From positions 13,516,001-13,580,000 of the forward strand of contig CM022670.1 of assembly GCA_012295275.1 (NCBI GenBank): a DNA stretch of 64,000 nucleotides, given 5' to 3'. The stretch is from Chrysomallon squamiferum. Its lineage: Eukaryota; Animalia; Mollusca. Below the pieces are notes generated by a model. That model saw nothing but the letters and a program-made list of their open reading frames with translations, was not told where the DNA came from and did not search any database. A program made the translations under genes and the position numbers. This document shows, one piece after another, positions 28,314 to 42,782 of the stretch (the stretch's first letter is position 1; each line of letters opens with the position of its first letter).

Positions 28314-28452
28314 CAGGGCCTGGTTTAGGCATAACCTAAAAATAAGTGTCTCAAAAAGAAATATGAACCTGACATGAAATTCAGTATAATCAAGGGTTAT
28401 GCAAGGTCCATATAGCTTAGGGTTTCACCAGGTCTAACTAACTTCGGTACTG
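28314..28452. mobile_element. Decayed hAT-like MITE nested in a SINE-like fragment
   Basis: Ends CAGGGCCTGGTTTAGG...CTAACTTCGGTACTG; flanking 8-mers TCCGTACG and TCCATTCG (6/8 match) resemble a decayed 8-bp TSD. Confidence 0.3.
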
Positions 28453-28597
28453 TCCATTCGTCGAGGTTTTAAAACGCCATCGTCTAGATGAAAAGATGCT
28501 TTATAAAAATTCGTTGCGACCTGCAGTTAGAATATCAAGACTCCTGTCTTTTAACACTAGAAAACAAATATATTTATTCCACACTGAGAGACAACAA

Positions 28598-28634
<37 letters not shown>

Positions 28635-29176
28635 AATAATAATAATAATAGCAATAATAACAAATAATAATAATAATAATAAAAACTACTAACATTATGT
28701 TCTGTGTAATAATTTTTTTTTTTTTAATTTTAAAATCGTCTGGATATTCACTTTCGACTCTACACTGATATCATACTTATAACGAAGTTCTCGCAGCATT
28801 CATCCTAACGACAGACCACCAAATATGGTTGTTCTTTTTTTTTTCAGCTTCTGTCTTGAAGAAGAAGGATTAAATATTTCATTAGCAAAAACTGTAAACA
28901 AGCTGTTAATAAAAAGATAATTATTCGCCAGTACTTTTGGTATTTTGAAGACAACACAGATGAAATGTTTTTGATTGGTTTCTCGGGTTGTTTGCAGACA
29001 TAAAATGTGGTTTCATTTGGAGGAATAATAACAATGATGATTAAAAATCGGGAAATGTTTGAAAGAAATATTTGTACAGAAAATATGATCTGAAAATTAC
29101 GTTAGATGAAAAATTAATAAACATATGAAATAAATATTAAGACGTATATTTCTATGTGTATGTTAGTGTTTGTGGA

Positions 29177-29235
<59 letters not shown>

Positions 29236-30020
29236 ACAGAGAAAAGAGTTTAGGAATGTCTATAATCTGATGTGCAATCAGAAAGGTTTATGTCTGTAGA
29301 AGGAAGTGTCTGGTTCTCTATTGTAATGAAAACAAGCTGAAACCAAAAAAACCCAGTAATGTCATATTCTGCTGAATTTTTAAAATACCATAGCATGGAA
29401 ACCTTTCATGCAAGCAAAAAAAGTAGAATGTTTATGTGTTACTGATTCATTCAAATTAACAGAAGGGAAAGGACCAGGCTGGTTTAAACATAGCATCTTC
29501 TGTCATATTTAGGATTACCGTGATTTTTTATCGAAATCTATGGTTAATCGAAATCGAGAAAATTTGCTCGCCTCCAGGTATTTCGGTCTTGGTGCGTGGC
29601 GGCAACATTTTCTTCTTCTTCTCTTTAATATATAAGATTTATCCTCTTTGAATGGCCATTTCCAGGCATAATGCAACTTTGTAAATCCCATCATAAATAT
29701 GTTTTATCTCTCCAGGAGACATAACAACCATCCTCAATGGAAAAGAGCAATTTCTTTGATTTTTACTTGAAAAATGAACAAAGAGGAATGAAGTATTGAA
29801 GAATTGCGGGTAAAATATCATTATTCTACATATGTCATCTAGTGGTAATCAGTGAAACCACTTTTTGTGCTGAAGGTGCTGAATGACTAAGTCAGAAGTA
29901 AAGACTTTTCTTGACAGATGTTACAGCATCCACATTTTCCTATGACAGACTTTACATTTGATGGATGTTAACGTTTTCTTTCCTCTCTCAGATACAATCA
30001 GGTAATTTCAAGAATGACTG

Positions 30021-30069
<49 letters not shown>

Positions 30070-31682
30070 GTTTTCAAATAATTTATAACTTCTACGATGT
30101 CACATGTCAAGATAAAAATGGAGCTTAATTGAGAAACATCGACAGTGTTTTACAGCCGCCAGACATGTTCACATCATATCTTCATTTCTCCTGTCGAGAG
30201 CTGTCTGGCGAAAAGTGATACTGACCTGTTCGTTTGAACTTTCACTGAACATTTACCAAAAGAAAAATAATAAACGCATAGGAAGAATATAAATAACGTA
30301 TTGAAAATTAAAATTATCGTGCAAAATAAGGGATTATGACCATTTTAATCATTATCATAATCGTCATTATTCATCAGTCATCATAATTATTGTTGTTGTT
30401 TCTGCTGACATCACTGCATGCTTCATTTTTGACGTTACAACAAAAATTTTAACATGTTGTGGCTTTATGCGCCCTGATTTTGTTCTTTTTATCCTTTAAA
30501 AACATTTAAGCGACGAAGTTAAAATGCCTCTTGACGCAGACCTTTGTGTCTAGAACAGAAGAGTTTTGTTTACGAAAAGCTAACGTTGTTAGTTCTGAAA
30601 GTGCCACTACTAATACCATTAAGAGATCTTCGGAGGTTTTTAAAGTCATTACAGCCACTTAATTTCGTCGGTTCTCTCTTCGCTATACAGTTCGCTGTCT
30701 TTAACTTCAGCATTCAATATTCTCAGCTGTGCAGACGCCAAAAACAAATATCTCTGAACAGTTTCTACGAAAATGACGCCGAGATCTGTCGCCTTTAGAA
30801 AGAGTTGCGCTATTTTGAGATTTATTTGAATTTACATGTTTAATTTACCAGTTTTTTACGTCTTCTTGTTACATTTATAAAACTGATTTAAATGTGGATT
30901 TACGCACGTTGTTATGTTCGATGCATGTATGTTTTACAGTATTTAAATCTGAAAAACATAGCATCTAAAATCTTTATTTTTAATTAACTTTATTATTATT
31001 ATTTTTTTTTTTAAACATGAAGCTTTATGCACTTTTCATGAGTGTGGGTCACACTGTAGTATATTCGGGAGTAAGAGCCCGTGAGAAAACACGCACTGAT
31101 TGAATCAGTCACTAAGCGGCAAGATCGCTTACCGCATGATAAAAGTCTTATGAAATAAAGAACAAAGCACTCAGAATTCTGCGAAACAGGCCAGTGAAAA
31201 GTAATATCAAAGCTACACGACTGATAATTAACTTATTAAAATAATGAGAATAATTAAATAAAGGTGCTAAATGGAGAATAAGTTTAAACATACAACATCG
31301 TTTTTGTGGGTTTTTAAAAAAAAAAAAAAAAAAACCACTGTACTGTAAATTTTTTAAACACCTGGTAGATTCACGCGCTGTATAATACTTTTAAGGCACA
31401 TTACCGAGATTATTCGACGAAACAAAACAAATAATCTTTTGTTTTAGAAGATATTTTCTTAAGGTGGGGGGATGGGTTTTTTTTAATTGTTTGTTTTATT
31501 ATTTATTTATTTATTTGTTCGTTTATTTATTTATTTTTATGCTTTAGAAATAACTAAAGAAAATCAAGAATCATGATGCATACACTCGTTCGAAATTCAG
31601 TTTGTTACGTTCACACTTACACACGAATGTAAGCACACAGAAAAAAAAATACACTCACATAAACATAATATATATATACTTT

Positions 31683-31719
<37 letters not shown>

Positions 31720-32194
31720 CACATACATACAGATGCAAACAAACACATTCACGTGCTCTTTACAATTTTTAAAATAAAAGATAAACATACTTTCAGATAC
31801 TCAAGAAACAGGTCAAATTTTTATACCCTAGCGATGTCGTCAAACAAACCTGTATTTTATCAGGTAATTATCGCCATTATCACTCATATATATACATCTC
31901 GAATATCATTTCTTTCCTTTCATTAACTTGAAACATTATTACTTGCAGGCATAAAAAACTATAGATTTTTATAATTATGTTCTGTTTTTCCCACAAAACT
32001 CGTGCTTTGTGTTATTAACTCTTACTAGTTAATATTGCCTACAGAATAAAATATATTATCTAGAGAATAAATTTTCATATTTTTATAATTAAGTTGTAAT
32101 ATGTTTTCGCCACAAAAATAAATTTCCATAACGTAAAACAAAAGCTCCATTGATTATTTATTATCTTATAATTTCGCTTGCTTTTTCATTTTCA

Positions 32195-32283
<89 letters not shown>

Positions 32284-33242
32284 GAATTAGTGTATATCTT
32301 TGTCATTCCCTATCCATCGATCCAACTATCTATATATATGTCTGTCTCTCTGTCTGTCTATCTATCTGTCTACCTATAGTATTTTTTCTTTTAGTTTATT
32401 TTTATTTATTCTAACATTATTAGTTGATTTTTGTTGTTATTGTTGTTTGTTGTTTGTTGTTTTGTTTGAATACATTTACAAACAACTATGAAATATTTTG
32501 CCAATAACACTGTTCAGACTGAAAACAATTCATTGTTTTAGACAAAGAAGTAAATAAATAAAAATATTATTTGATCTATTGTTAATTTTACATGAAAGAT
32601 TAGGTAATAAAAACCAACGTTCCAATACTGGTTTATCGCAACCTTCATAAATATTTAACATGCAGTGGAAAAGTGCACGCAAAGGAAATCTTGTTGCTAA
32701 CTGATCAGACAATACAGCAAAGCTTTTTCTTCTCGTCCTACAAAGTCTTGTTCGACAAATGTCGACCTAGGATACGACAATAAGTGGCAAGTTAGTGAGA
32801 CAAAATTACGTTTTAATTAAAGAAAATCGTCTGACATTTTTTCAATCTTTCCAGACTATAACAACGTCGAATATGATGCATACAGTCGTTTGAAATTCAG
32901 TTACATATATTTTTACGTATGAACGTAAGCACAGAGAGAGAAAAACACTTGAAAGGCTCTGTATTCTGCTTTAGTGTCAGAATTTAACTTGTCTTACTCG
33001 TGTTTCACATTCCCGTTCAGAGCCTGTGTATTTCCGAACTGTTTGTTTTTCTGATCACTTCATCATTCCGTACACCTGACTAATGAAGTCTGATCCTGTC
33101 CCCTCTGGAGAGAACGCGATCGTTCAGCATTTCGCCTCCTCCTCCAATCGCTCCTTTTTTAGCTAATGTGAGTTCAGTCCTAGCGTGTCCGTGCGTCCCT
33201 GCAGACTGCATTCTGGTTCATTAGATTGAGTCTGTTTTTCTA

Positions 33243-33279
<37 letters not shown>

Positions 33280-34786
33280 ACCGAGAGAGAGTGCTCGCTG
33301 GAACAACGAAAGATCAACTGAAATGTGAAGTTTCGCAGGTCGACACATTTTACTCATCTTTATCGAAAATGAAAACAACAGTTAAAACAGAAATTACAAA
33401 CGATCATCTTCTTTTAATAGATTTTAAATTATGTTGTATTATACTGTAGGGTATTATAGAGTTCTGTTTTGTGTTGTGTTATATTGTCTTTATGGAAATT
33501 TTTGTTTTTGTTCAGTTCTGTATCCTCTATGTTGTTTCATACAAAGTATGTGGATGGGTTTGTACTGTTTTGTATTATATTTTTATTTTTTATTGCATAG
33601 TTTCGCACCGAGTTGTTTTGTTGTACTGAATTCTGTTATATCTAGTGTATTGTTTTGTTCTGTACAGTTTCTCAACGTTGTATTGTTGTACTATATTGTA
33701 CTGCTACTGCTGTGCATTTTGTTGGCATTGTACTGTAGTGTATACTCTGTTGGTTTTCAATATGTTTAGTTCGTTTTATTCCATTTTCTTTACTTCATTT
33801 TAAAAAACAAATTTCAAAATCTAATTTACTGCCGCGCCTTAAGCCAATATCAGACAATATGAACTTAGAACATGTAAGACCGTTACTCTTCTCTCTAATT
33901 AATCCTTTAACAAGATCCAAACCTCTATGTAATTTCTGCCCAGGACTGACGTGCATGATCCTACAGTGTGTGTAAATACGTTTCACACGGTTGATTAATT
34001 GACTTTCATGACTGAATAGAACAGTTCTGTGTTACGACCAAAGCTCTCAGACTAGAAACAACATTAATGCTGAGTCCATTGCGTATTTTTAATCGGATTG
34101 TAAATCACCATCCTAAGATATTTTCACTGCAAGCTGTGTGTCTGTGTTTGTGTCTGTCTGTGTGTATGTTTGTGTTTATGTGTGTGTGTCTGGGTGTATG
34201 TGTGTGTGCATGTCTGTGTGTGTGTGTGTGTACATATATGATGTATCTGTATGTTTATAATTATATATATATACGGGTTTATGTCTATGTATAATTATAT
34301 CCATACACATACATACAGTCACTTTCTAGGAGTGAACAGACTTTCATCTGGGTCATCTTGACATTTCTGATACTATCGAATTGATAGCATCGTGGAAATA
34401 CTAAGATAGGTGATTTTAAGATATCAGTTAAATCAGTCCGTCCGTTTGGGATTTGCTGTTTTCTGCTGATGGAAATAAAATAATACTGGTTAATGTTCAG
34501 TATATTTTACAGGAGCTGACCAAATAGATATCAGTTATGAAATGTATTAATTTCGAGTCAATTTATATTTATATTTTATGTTTGTGAAAAAACCCATAAA
34601 AAATTAAATTATTATTATTGCTGTTGTTATTGTTGAAGTAATCACTAAAATGATTCATGTCCATTTCGTTCGAGAGCATTACAAATCATATTTTTTGGTT
34701 GAAATAAATTATTGCAGCATTTTCCCAGTAACATTCAGATTAAAAAATACATTAAGAACGTAACGGATTTGTTTCGGTACTTAATA

Positions 34787-34837
<51 letters not shown>

Positions 34838-35091
34838 GTTTAAAAATAAAATGAGTATCAAGGATGATAAAATAAAAGAAAAATGATTAATGAAAATTCA
34901 GTATGGCTAACTGGAAGAAAATGTGAAATTTGAGCTGGAAATGAATTAAATAATTTTTTTTTATTAAAGTTTTTTTAGGCTATATATTTTTTATGATGTT
35001 TTACTCAGTAAGTAGAGAAATGCTACAGCTGCAAGAAATAAGCAACAATGTCTTCTTCTAATACTACTACAACTATTGCTAACAATAATAA

Positions 35092-35144
<53 letters not shown>

Positions 35145-36538
35145 TGACTACCACTTCAACCTCTGTTGTCTAAGATATGACAAAGTCTCGCCATACATCT
35201 TGCACTGAGCGGACAACAGATCAATGGTTATAATGTTTGCCTGAAGCATGAAAGATCGAACATCTCTAACGTCCTGTGAAATATTTTCCGTTTGATTGTT
35301 TACCGTCTCTCCTGGTCATGGGAAGGTACATGTAAAATAATTTCTTGTTGATAGTCGAAAAAGAATAGCAGCTCGCCGAATGATAGCCGCAGGTGTTCCT
35401 GATATTTATTTTCTTGGATGTCAGTCATAAATTATAAATAATGCCGAATAAGTGGACTGAAAACCTGTTAAGAATTTAAGACTGTTTTTCAGTGTATAGA
35501 TTTTGTTAAGTATTGTGAAAGCTCAGCTGTTCTTCTTCTTATATTCAAATAATTGTGGAACAAGATGTAAAAGATAAAAAAAAAAAAAAAAAAAAAACCC
35601 AGTAGAATATTGTTTGATATGCAGCGGGATCATTATCTTCCTGTTGTAACCCGTGATTCCTTCCTTTTCCAAAATTTTATAACTTCAAAAAAAAAAAAAA
35701 AAAAAAAAAAAAGAATCAAATTGAGAAAATTATCATATCTGATTTTCTTTTTATTATTATTCATTAATTCATACAGCACACATATTTATTAAAATAATCG
35801 AGATAAAAAAATATACTAACCATACACAGACATCATTTATCAAAGAATTTGATAAAATCAAGTGCAATGCACTTGTGGGCTCAGAACTGATGCTTCTACA
35901 CAAGCACCGTTGCGGCCAAACAATATTTAATTATTTTATATAGTAGTTATCGGTTCTTTTGTGGCCATCAATTCATCAAGCTTTTGATCTGCATCTGTTC
36001 AGAGATGGTCGTTTCCTGTGAATGCACAAGTACTTATATCTCCGTTTCTTACAGACCTCGGGCATTTTCGGTGAAGACCACTCGAAGACTTCCGGCAAAG
36101 ACCACTCGACACTTCCGGATCCTGTGCGCACAAACTCCACGCGAGTAATTGTGTATGTTTACAGAGTATTTGATAGTAACCTCGATGAAGACAGTGACAA
36201 ATATATATTTTTATATATATTTTTTTTTTCAATGTTATCTAGTAGTGGTAATAGTAGTAGAGGTAGTAACAATAATAGCTGCAGTAGTAGTAGCAGCAGC
36301 AGCAATAAGCGGCAGTAATAACAATAGTCAGTGTTGAGATTGTAGTAGTAGCAGTAATATTTTCTGTAATACGTTCATGTACATCAAAAGAAAACAGTTA
36401 CCTTTCTGTGAAAATCTATACATCAGATTTAATGGGATCAGACCAAAAAGAAAAACAAAAGAACTGAAAATACGATAAAAATGAACGCTACTCAACTTAA
36501 TAATGATATGAAAAAACCCATACACATTTCTGTTATTC

Positions 36539-36629
<91 letters not shown>

Positions 36630-37616
36630 ACATCGGATTTTAGGACACACCCACACAGACCCATATACACACAACCTATTTAAATGCACTAAGTACCAAC
36701 ATTATTTCTCTAGAAATTAATTCCCTTAACTAATATTTGCAATTAGGACAATAATATTGACATTCACAGACAAAAGACACTAACTGCTGAAAGACGCTGT
36801 ACAAAGAGAGGTATGTGAAATGCGTGTAACTGATTATGATGATACTTAAGTACTGTTCTCAGACCATCGACCGAGTATTGTGCGGGCCACTGACCGCTTT
36901 TGTGTTCATGTCGATATCCTGAAACTGCAATTTGCTGATTATTAAACAATGTGTAAAAACTCTACTACGCTTTATAAGTTCAACATGCTAATTTGTACAG
37001 GATGAGAGATGAAGGTTAATGGGTTTTTTTTTTTTTTTTTTCGTCAACTTGTACATTTTGGAATGTTTTAAAGATAAATCTCACTTTATTTATATTTTAA
37101 TGATTGAGAAATTCAGTTTTTTTAATTATTATTTTGGCATTATGTTTCTCGGTATTGAGGTATGGACGTTTGGGTGTACATATCAGTATTTATGTGTATC
37201 GGATTTTGGGTTGTTTTTTGTTTTACCTATAAAACAGCATATGCATTTGTTCATGTAAATATAAATGTAATATAATTAATAGTTATTTATTACTATTACT
37301 ATTACTATTATATAATATTCTGTATATGGTGTGTGTGTGTGTGTATTTATGTGTGTCTACATTCTTGTTTGTTTGTTTCATTTACATCCAGTAAAATGCG
37401 CGTCATTTCATTATTTACTGAAGTTAATCACTAAATTTGAAATGACGATATTCCGGCTGCTGGTAAACAGTTCAAGTTTGTTTCCGGATTTTCTGTGTCA
37501 TCCTTTTCACACAACATCCGCCAATTTTCTTATATTTTCGCTAACTGTGGCCGAAATTTTAGTAGGCAAGAGACGTGCAGTGCAGAGTACCGCTGTTATT
37601 AATACGTACTGTTAAC

Positions 37617-37746
37617 ATGGCGTTTATTCTGGCGTCTCTAGTTTGTCTTGTTGGCGTGTCCCAGGCGTGGTTGCTCAACGGTGACTTACCCACCGTCCAG
37701 GCAGTCGGAGGTAAGTATCCGATGTAGCATAATAAACTGAAGACCG

Positions 37747-37790
<44 letters not shown>

Positions 37791-37834
37791 TGTGTGTGTG
37801 TCTCTCTCTCTCTTCTCTTCTATTGTAAGTTTAT

Positions 37835-37866
<32 letters not shown>

Positions 37867-38529
37867 GAATGTGTGTGTATGTACGTACGTACGTACGAAT
37901 GTATGTATGTATGAACGTATTAGTTTGTTCTTTCTGTAGTAGTATGTATGCATGTCTGTATGTAGGTAGATAAGCATGTACGTATGTTTGTCTGCGTCGT
38001 TAATCTAAAGAAGAAAATTGTAAAAGTGCTATTAGAAGTATACTTGTTGAAAAGGTAACAGCATAAGCTGTAGCAATAACAGCAGAAGATGTGGTAATAA
38101 TAATAATAACAGCATTATTACGTCTACTGTTATTAACTAATTAGCAGAGTAGATGAAGAAACAACGTCATCAGTGGAAGCAACAGCTTGTATTATAAATG
38201 TAGTTATAACAATGGTAGCAGTGACGTCGTTGTAACGGTAGTAGTGGTGCAGTTGTAGCAGCAGTATCGTAACGTTGTTATTACTTTCTCTGTTTGTTTC
38301 TAGATGTCAATGCTGCCTGCCAACAGCACGGTCATGCGGGCAGGTGTGAATTCTACGAGTGTTTTGAAGACAGGTTCCCATGTGGTCCACGTGGCTACAT
38401 GCAGAAGTACGGGCTGTATTACTGTCACAACTTCGACCAGTTTTACCACATGTTCACACCTGCGGTAAGAACTGGTTAAAATATTATTAATTCTTCGTTT
38501 TTTTTACTTCTTTTTTTTTTCTTTCTTAC

Positions 38530-38560
<31 letters not shown>

Positions 38561-39483
38561 TTTTTTTTTAATAATTTTTTTTTTTTTTTTTTTATCAGTA
38601 GTAAAACTGCTTTAAATATTTGTCAGTTAGTTTGGGTTTAATTATATTATATTATATTATATTGTATACTGCTATGTAATACAGTACGTCACAAATTAAG
38701 CTAGATAAAAGCAAAATGGAAGAAAAGAAAATTACCACAAATATTTTCGCACAGACACTTATATATATCATCTGTGGATATTGTCTCTAACAATAACAAA
38801 TATCATACTATTCTTATTTTTTCGCCACATCATACAAAAAATTAACGAATGCCTAATAACTTATTTCGTATCTTTATTTAAAGGGCAAACAGTGGATAAA
38901 CGACACGGCAAAATGCCTTACGCAGAGACTGATGACGAAGTACACAGAATCGTCAGTTGACTGTCACGACCTCTCTCACTTTGCGTTTGATTTGTGGGAC
39001 GACTGTTACATCCCGGCGGGAATCTGTGACGTGTACTGGTCAAACCTCGCAGCCTTCAGACAGGTCTACGCCGTCCGTCACCTGTTTGACCGACAGGCAG
39101 CCAAGTACGTCATGCCTATTTTAAATCTAAATGAGTTTTTGTTTTTCGTTGTTATTGTTTAGGGGGTTTTGTTTTTGTGTGAGTGCGAGAGATTTTTAAT
39201 TTTTTTAATTTTTGTTTTATGTATGTTGTAGTTAGCATGTGTGAGCATGCGTGAGTGCGAATATGTTCTATGGTCAGTTTATTAATAGTGTAATTATGGC
39301 CATTAGATATTACAATATTTTTTACATTACTCAAAGATAGCATCATCAGCATCACTATTAGCGGTTTTCATATTCTAATTGTGACTTTTACTTTCATCTT
39401 CGACATTACTGTTAACATCGTTACTGCAGTCATCATCACCATAATCATCATCGTTATTAATGCTGTTGTTCTGCTTCTTTCTC

Positions 39484-39531
<48 letters not shown>

Positions 39532-39703
39532 CAGAATATGGAGAGAGATGTTTGAAATAACACTGGGTTGTGGAAATCAGAGATTACAAGAAGAGGGCGG
39601 AGTGTCTGGAATTTTTGACCAAGTTAGGAATGAACTACGTAACGTAGGTAACCAGATCACTAACTTAGGCAACCAGATTGGTGACCTGCTCGGTCTCAAG
39701 TAG
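37617..39703 (+). CDS. Secreted stanniocalcin-like cysteine-rich protein, 214 aa, 4 exons
   Basis: Exons 37617-37710, 38304-38464, 38884-39104, 39535-39703 (645 nt; intron phases 1,0,2; all GT-AG). Signal peptide MAFILASLVCLVGVSQA. Motif C-EFYECFEDRFPCGPRGY-xxxYGxxYC-xxF...G-xxW...KCL...DC...AF-xxxx-DCY-xxxG-IC matches the pattern I recall for invertebrate/fungal stanniocalcin-like proteins. Confidence 0.85.
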
Positions 39704-40499
39704 CTGGCTAACATTAAAAATATCCACAAGATGACGCACAAGAGAGACAATGACGTCATGGCATTTATATTTCACATTCAATCAGTTTCGTGCGACCTAA
39801 ATATTTAGTAAAATTAAAAACTAACCTTTTTATTATTTTTGTTTATTCATAATTATTTTTATTAATCATAAATATATGTATAGATACGTATGCACATCAC
39901 CACACACATACACACGCACACACACACACTTGCTGAGAACGTACATGAAATAGAATGAAAAAGAATAAAAAGAAACACTTCAGCAGTTTATTAAAATCAA
40001 CAAACTTTTCAATTTAAAATACTGTTACTGTTTTGTTACGCGTAAATAAAATAACACAGTTATTATTTAGAAAGTACTATTAACTGGCGACTTTTGATAT
40101 TTTAAAAAGTAAAAAGTAAAGCGATAAAAGAAAAAGAAATGTAATTTGAAGTGATCAGTAACTCCCGACTACAGAGAATATCTGCAGGAAAGATATAGAA
40201 CAAATAAAGGAAGAACGAAGTAGACTTAAAGAAAGACTTGACCGCAAACTATCCAGACAAATCAGTATTAAAGATGATAACCACTAGAAACGAAACCTAA
40301 TTTCTTTTTCTGAAAAGATTCTTCTGTGAGTAATAAAACCAGTCCGCTTATTAGGTTCTCACTTCGCTCAACGCGATTTGTCTTTGGTACGGTATTGAAA
40401 ATAAAATAGTAGGCTAACATATAGCCACAGGCGCTATTATTGCTTGTTTTATATTAAACCTTAAAGCTGATCTGAAGATGGTTTCAGACGCATACACAC

Positions 40500-40579
<80 letters not shown>

Positions 40580-41419
40580 TGTGGCAACTACGTGTGTAGC
40601 CTAGAACTACATAATTTTCGATTTCCGATGTGTAGAGATAAATGTAATTGTCATATTTCCGGGTGAAGGATGCAGATGGTAAAAATTCGCTTAAGATATT
40701 AAACTGTTTTAAGTGTTTTGATGTTGCTCCCGTTATAGTTAATAGGTCACTGAACAGTTCTCTACGTCTTATACTTATCTCTGTCTTACATTGATAAAAA
40801 TAAAAATAACCCAAATATGATAGTTGCGAGTGTCTTTTCTCATTGTGCAACACTGATATATATGACTATATGACAAACATCGATACTTTCTAAAGTACCA
40901 GTCAGTCACCAATTTCAGTGGCGTCGACATTCATCAAAGGTTAAACCAAGCCTGTCTTGGCCACACAGCCCAGAAGCAATAGTTTTCTACAAAATAGCTC
41001 TGGTAGGGCCTAAGGATGCTATCCCGCCTTCTACCAGTCTCAGAGCCGATGCCATACCGAGCCTTTTGGTGGACGTGTACGTCCAAGACAGATAATTAAA
41101 GTTTTCAAGATTTTAAACGCAAGCAGCTTTCTGCAAACATCTTCTTGACTTCATGACAAGGCATTAATCTTTGACAAAAATAAACGAATAAACTAACAGT
41201 AATTTAAAGCAAATCTTGTCCAATACCTTTTATCGCCTACTCTGGTCTGTCAGGTTTGAGTGACAGTCTAATTAGACTTCCTTGGTCAGAAAATGAAAAG
41301 TCGGTTATGGACAGCTTAATTTCACTTTCAGTTGTGTAAGTGGCTTTTTATTTAACCTGTCTGTCTTCGTATATTCTGACCGTGTTGTGTGAGTTCAAAA
41401 TATCAGAGAGAACGATAAT

Positions 41420-41497
<78 letters not shown>

Positions 41498-41836
41498 ACA
41501 TATATACAAGGAATATTTTATTTCTTAACGGGCGGATTTTTGTAAATATTTCTAATAAATAAATCTTTTACTGAATATTTATTTTCTCTGAAGTCATTAA
41601 GATAAATCTACATTCTGTCAACATGCAGCTTGAGACAAAGAAAATACTTTTATTTACCACTATTTGACCTCAAACCTTATGATTTATTATCCGTAGTAAA
41701 TATGCACGTAAATTTACTCCGTACAGAATTACTTTCAGTTTTCTTACGGTTAGTGTACAAAAACTTTCATAATTATCTACACTCATTTACGCAAAATGAT
41801 TCAAATTTATTTATCTTTATGTGTGCACAGTTGTTA

Positions 41837-41871
<35 letters not shown>

Positions 41872-42730
41872 TGTGCGTGTTTACAGCTGTTTTTGCAGAA
41901 CATTAATTTATCTAAGCTTATAATAAGGAAAAGTAACTCGTACTCAAACGAACAGAGAGAAAGTTAAACGGAGTTCTGTCGCTTGGATTAATGACTGCAG
42001 TTCTTTATGGATATCTCACTGACAGTATGTCACACGACGAAACAATCATAAAAGTATGCTGACAAATTACAGAGTTTTCCTCTTTAAGTGTCAAGTTGTA
42101 AATTTATCTCTCGTTATTGTTTTACTGTTGATATGTGTGAGTGTGTGTGTGTGTGTGTGTGTGCGTGTGCGTGCGTGTAAATATTTTATACACAATGGAT
42201 TTAAGATAAATCCGGTTGGTATAATATGACGGAAAAATAACTATAAGTAATTAACTATCAACAGATATTAAGTGATTGTAGCAAAACGACATAAACATTA
42301 TGACAGCTTTCCGACAGTTTTCATTGGTTAAGCTGCATGTGGATGGTAAAACTAATTTGCACAGCCACATTTCTATTGATTGCCTTCAAAGAACGTATGT
42401 CACAAGCTAAAAGGATATAGTCACTGAATAAATGTATTCAAAATAAAACTTAGCCATTGTAATATTATATTTTTTAAATGGAATCCTGGCGTGTGCGTGC
42501 GTGTGTTCATATCTGTATGTAATTTTGTTTGATCAAGTAGATAACGGAAAGTTCTAAGCGCTGCTTTTTTTAAACAGCCATTGCAAGCCACAACGAAAAC
42601 GATGATAACAACAACAAAAGCAACAACAATACGTTAATGAATTATCATGTAGAGATTTTTGGATTTTCTCATTTTATCTAAGATTTAAAAAAAATTTTTT
42701 CAGGAGTTTTTTTATTTGATTTGACATATA

Positions 42731-42782
<52 letters not shown>

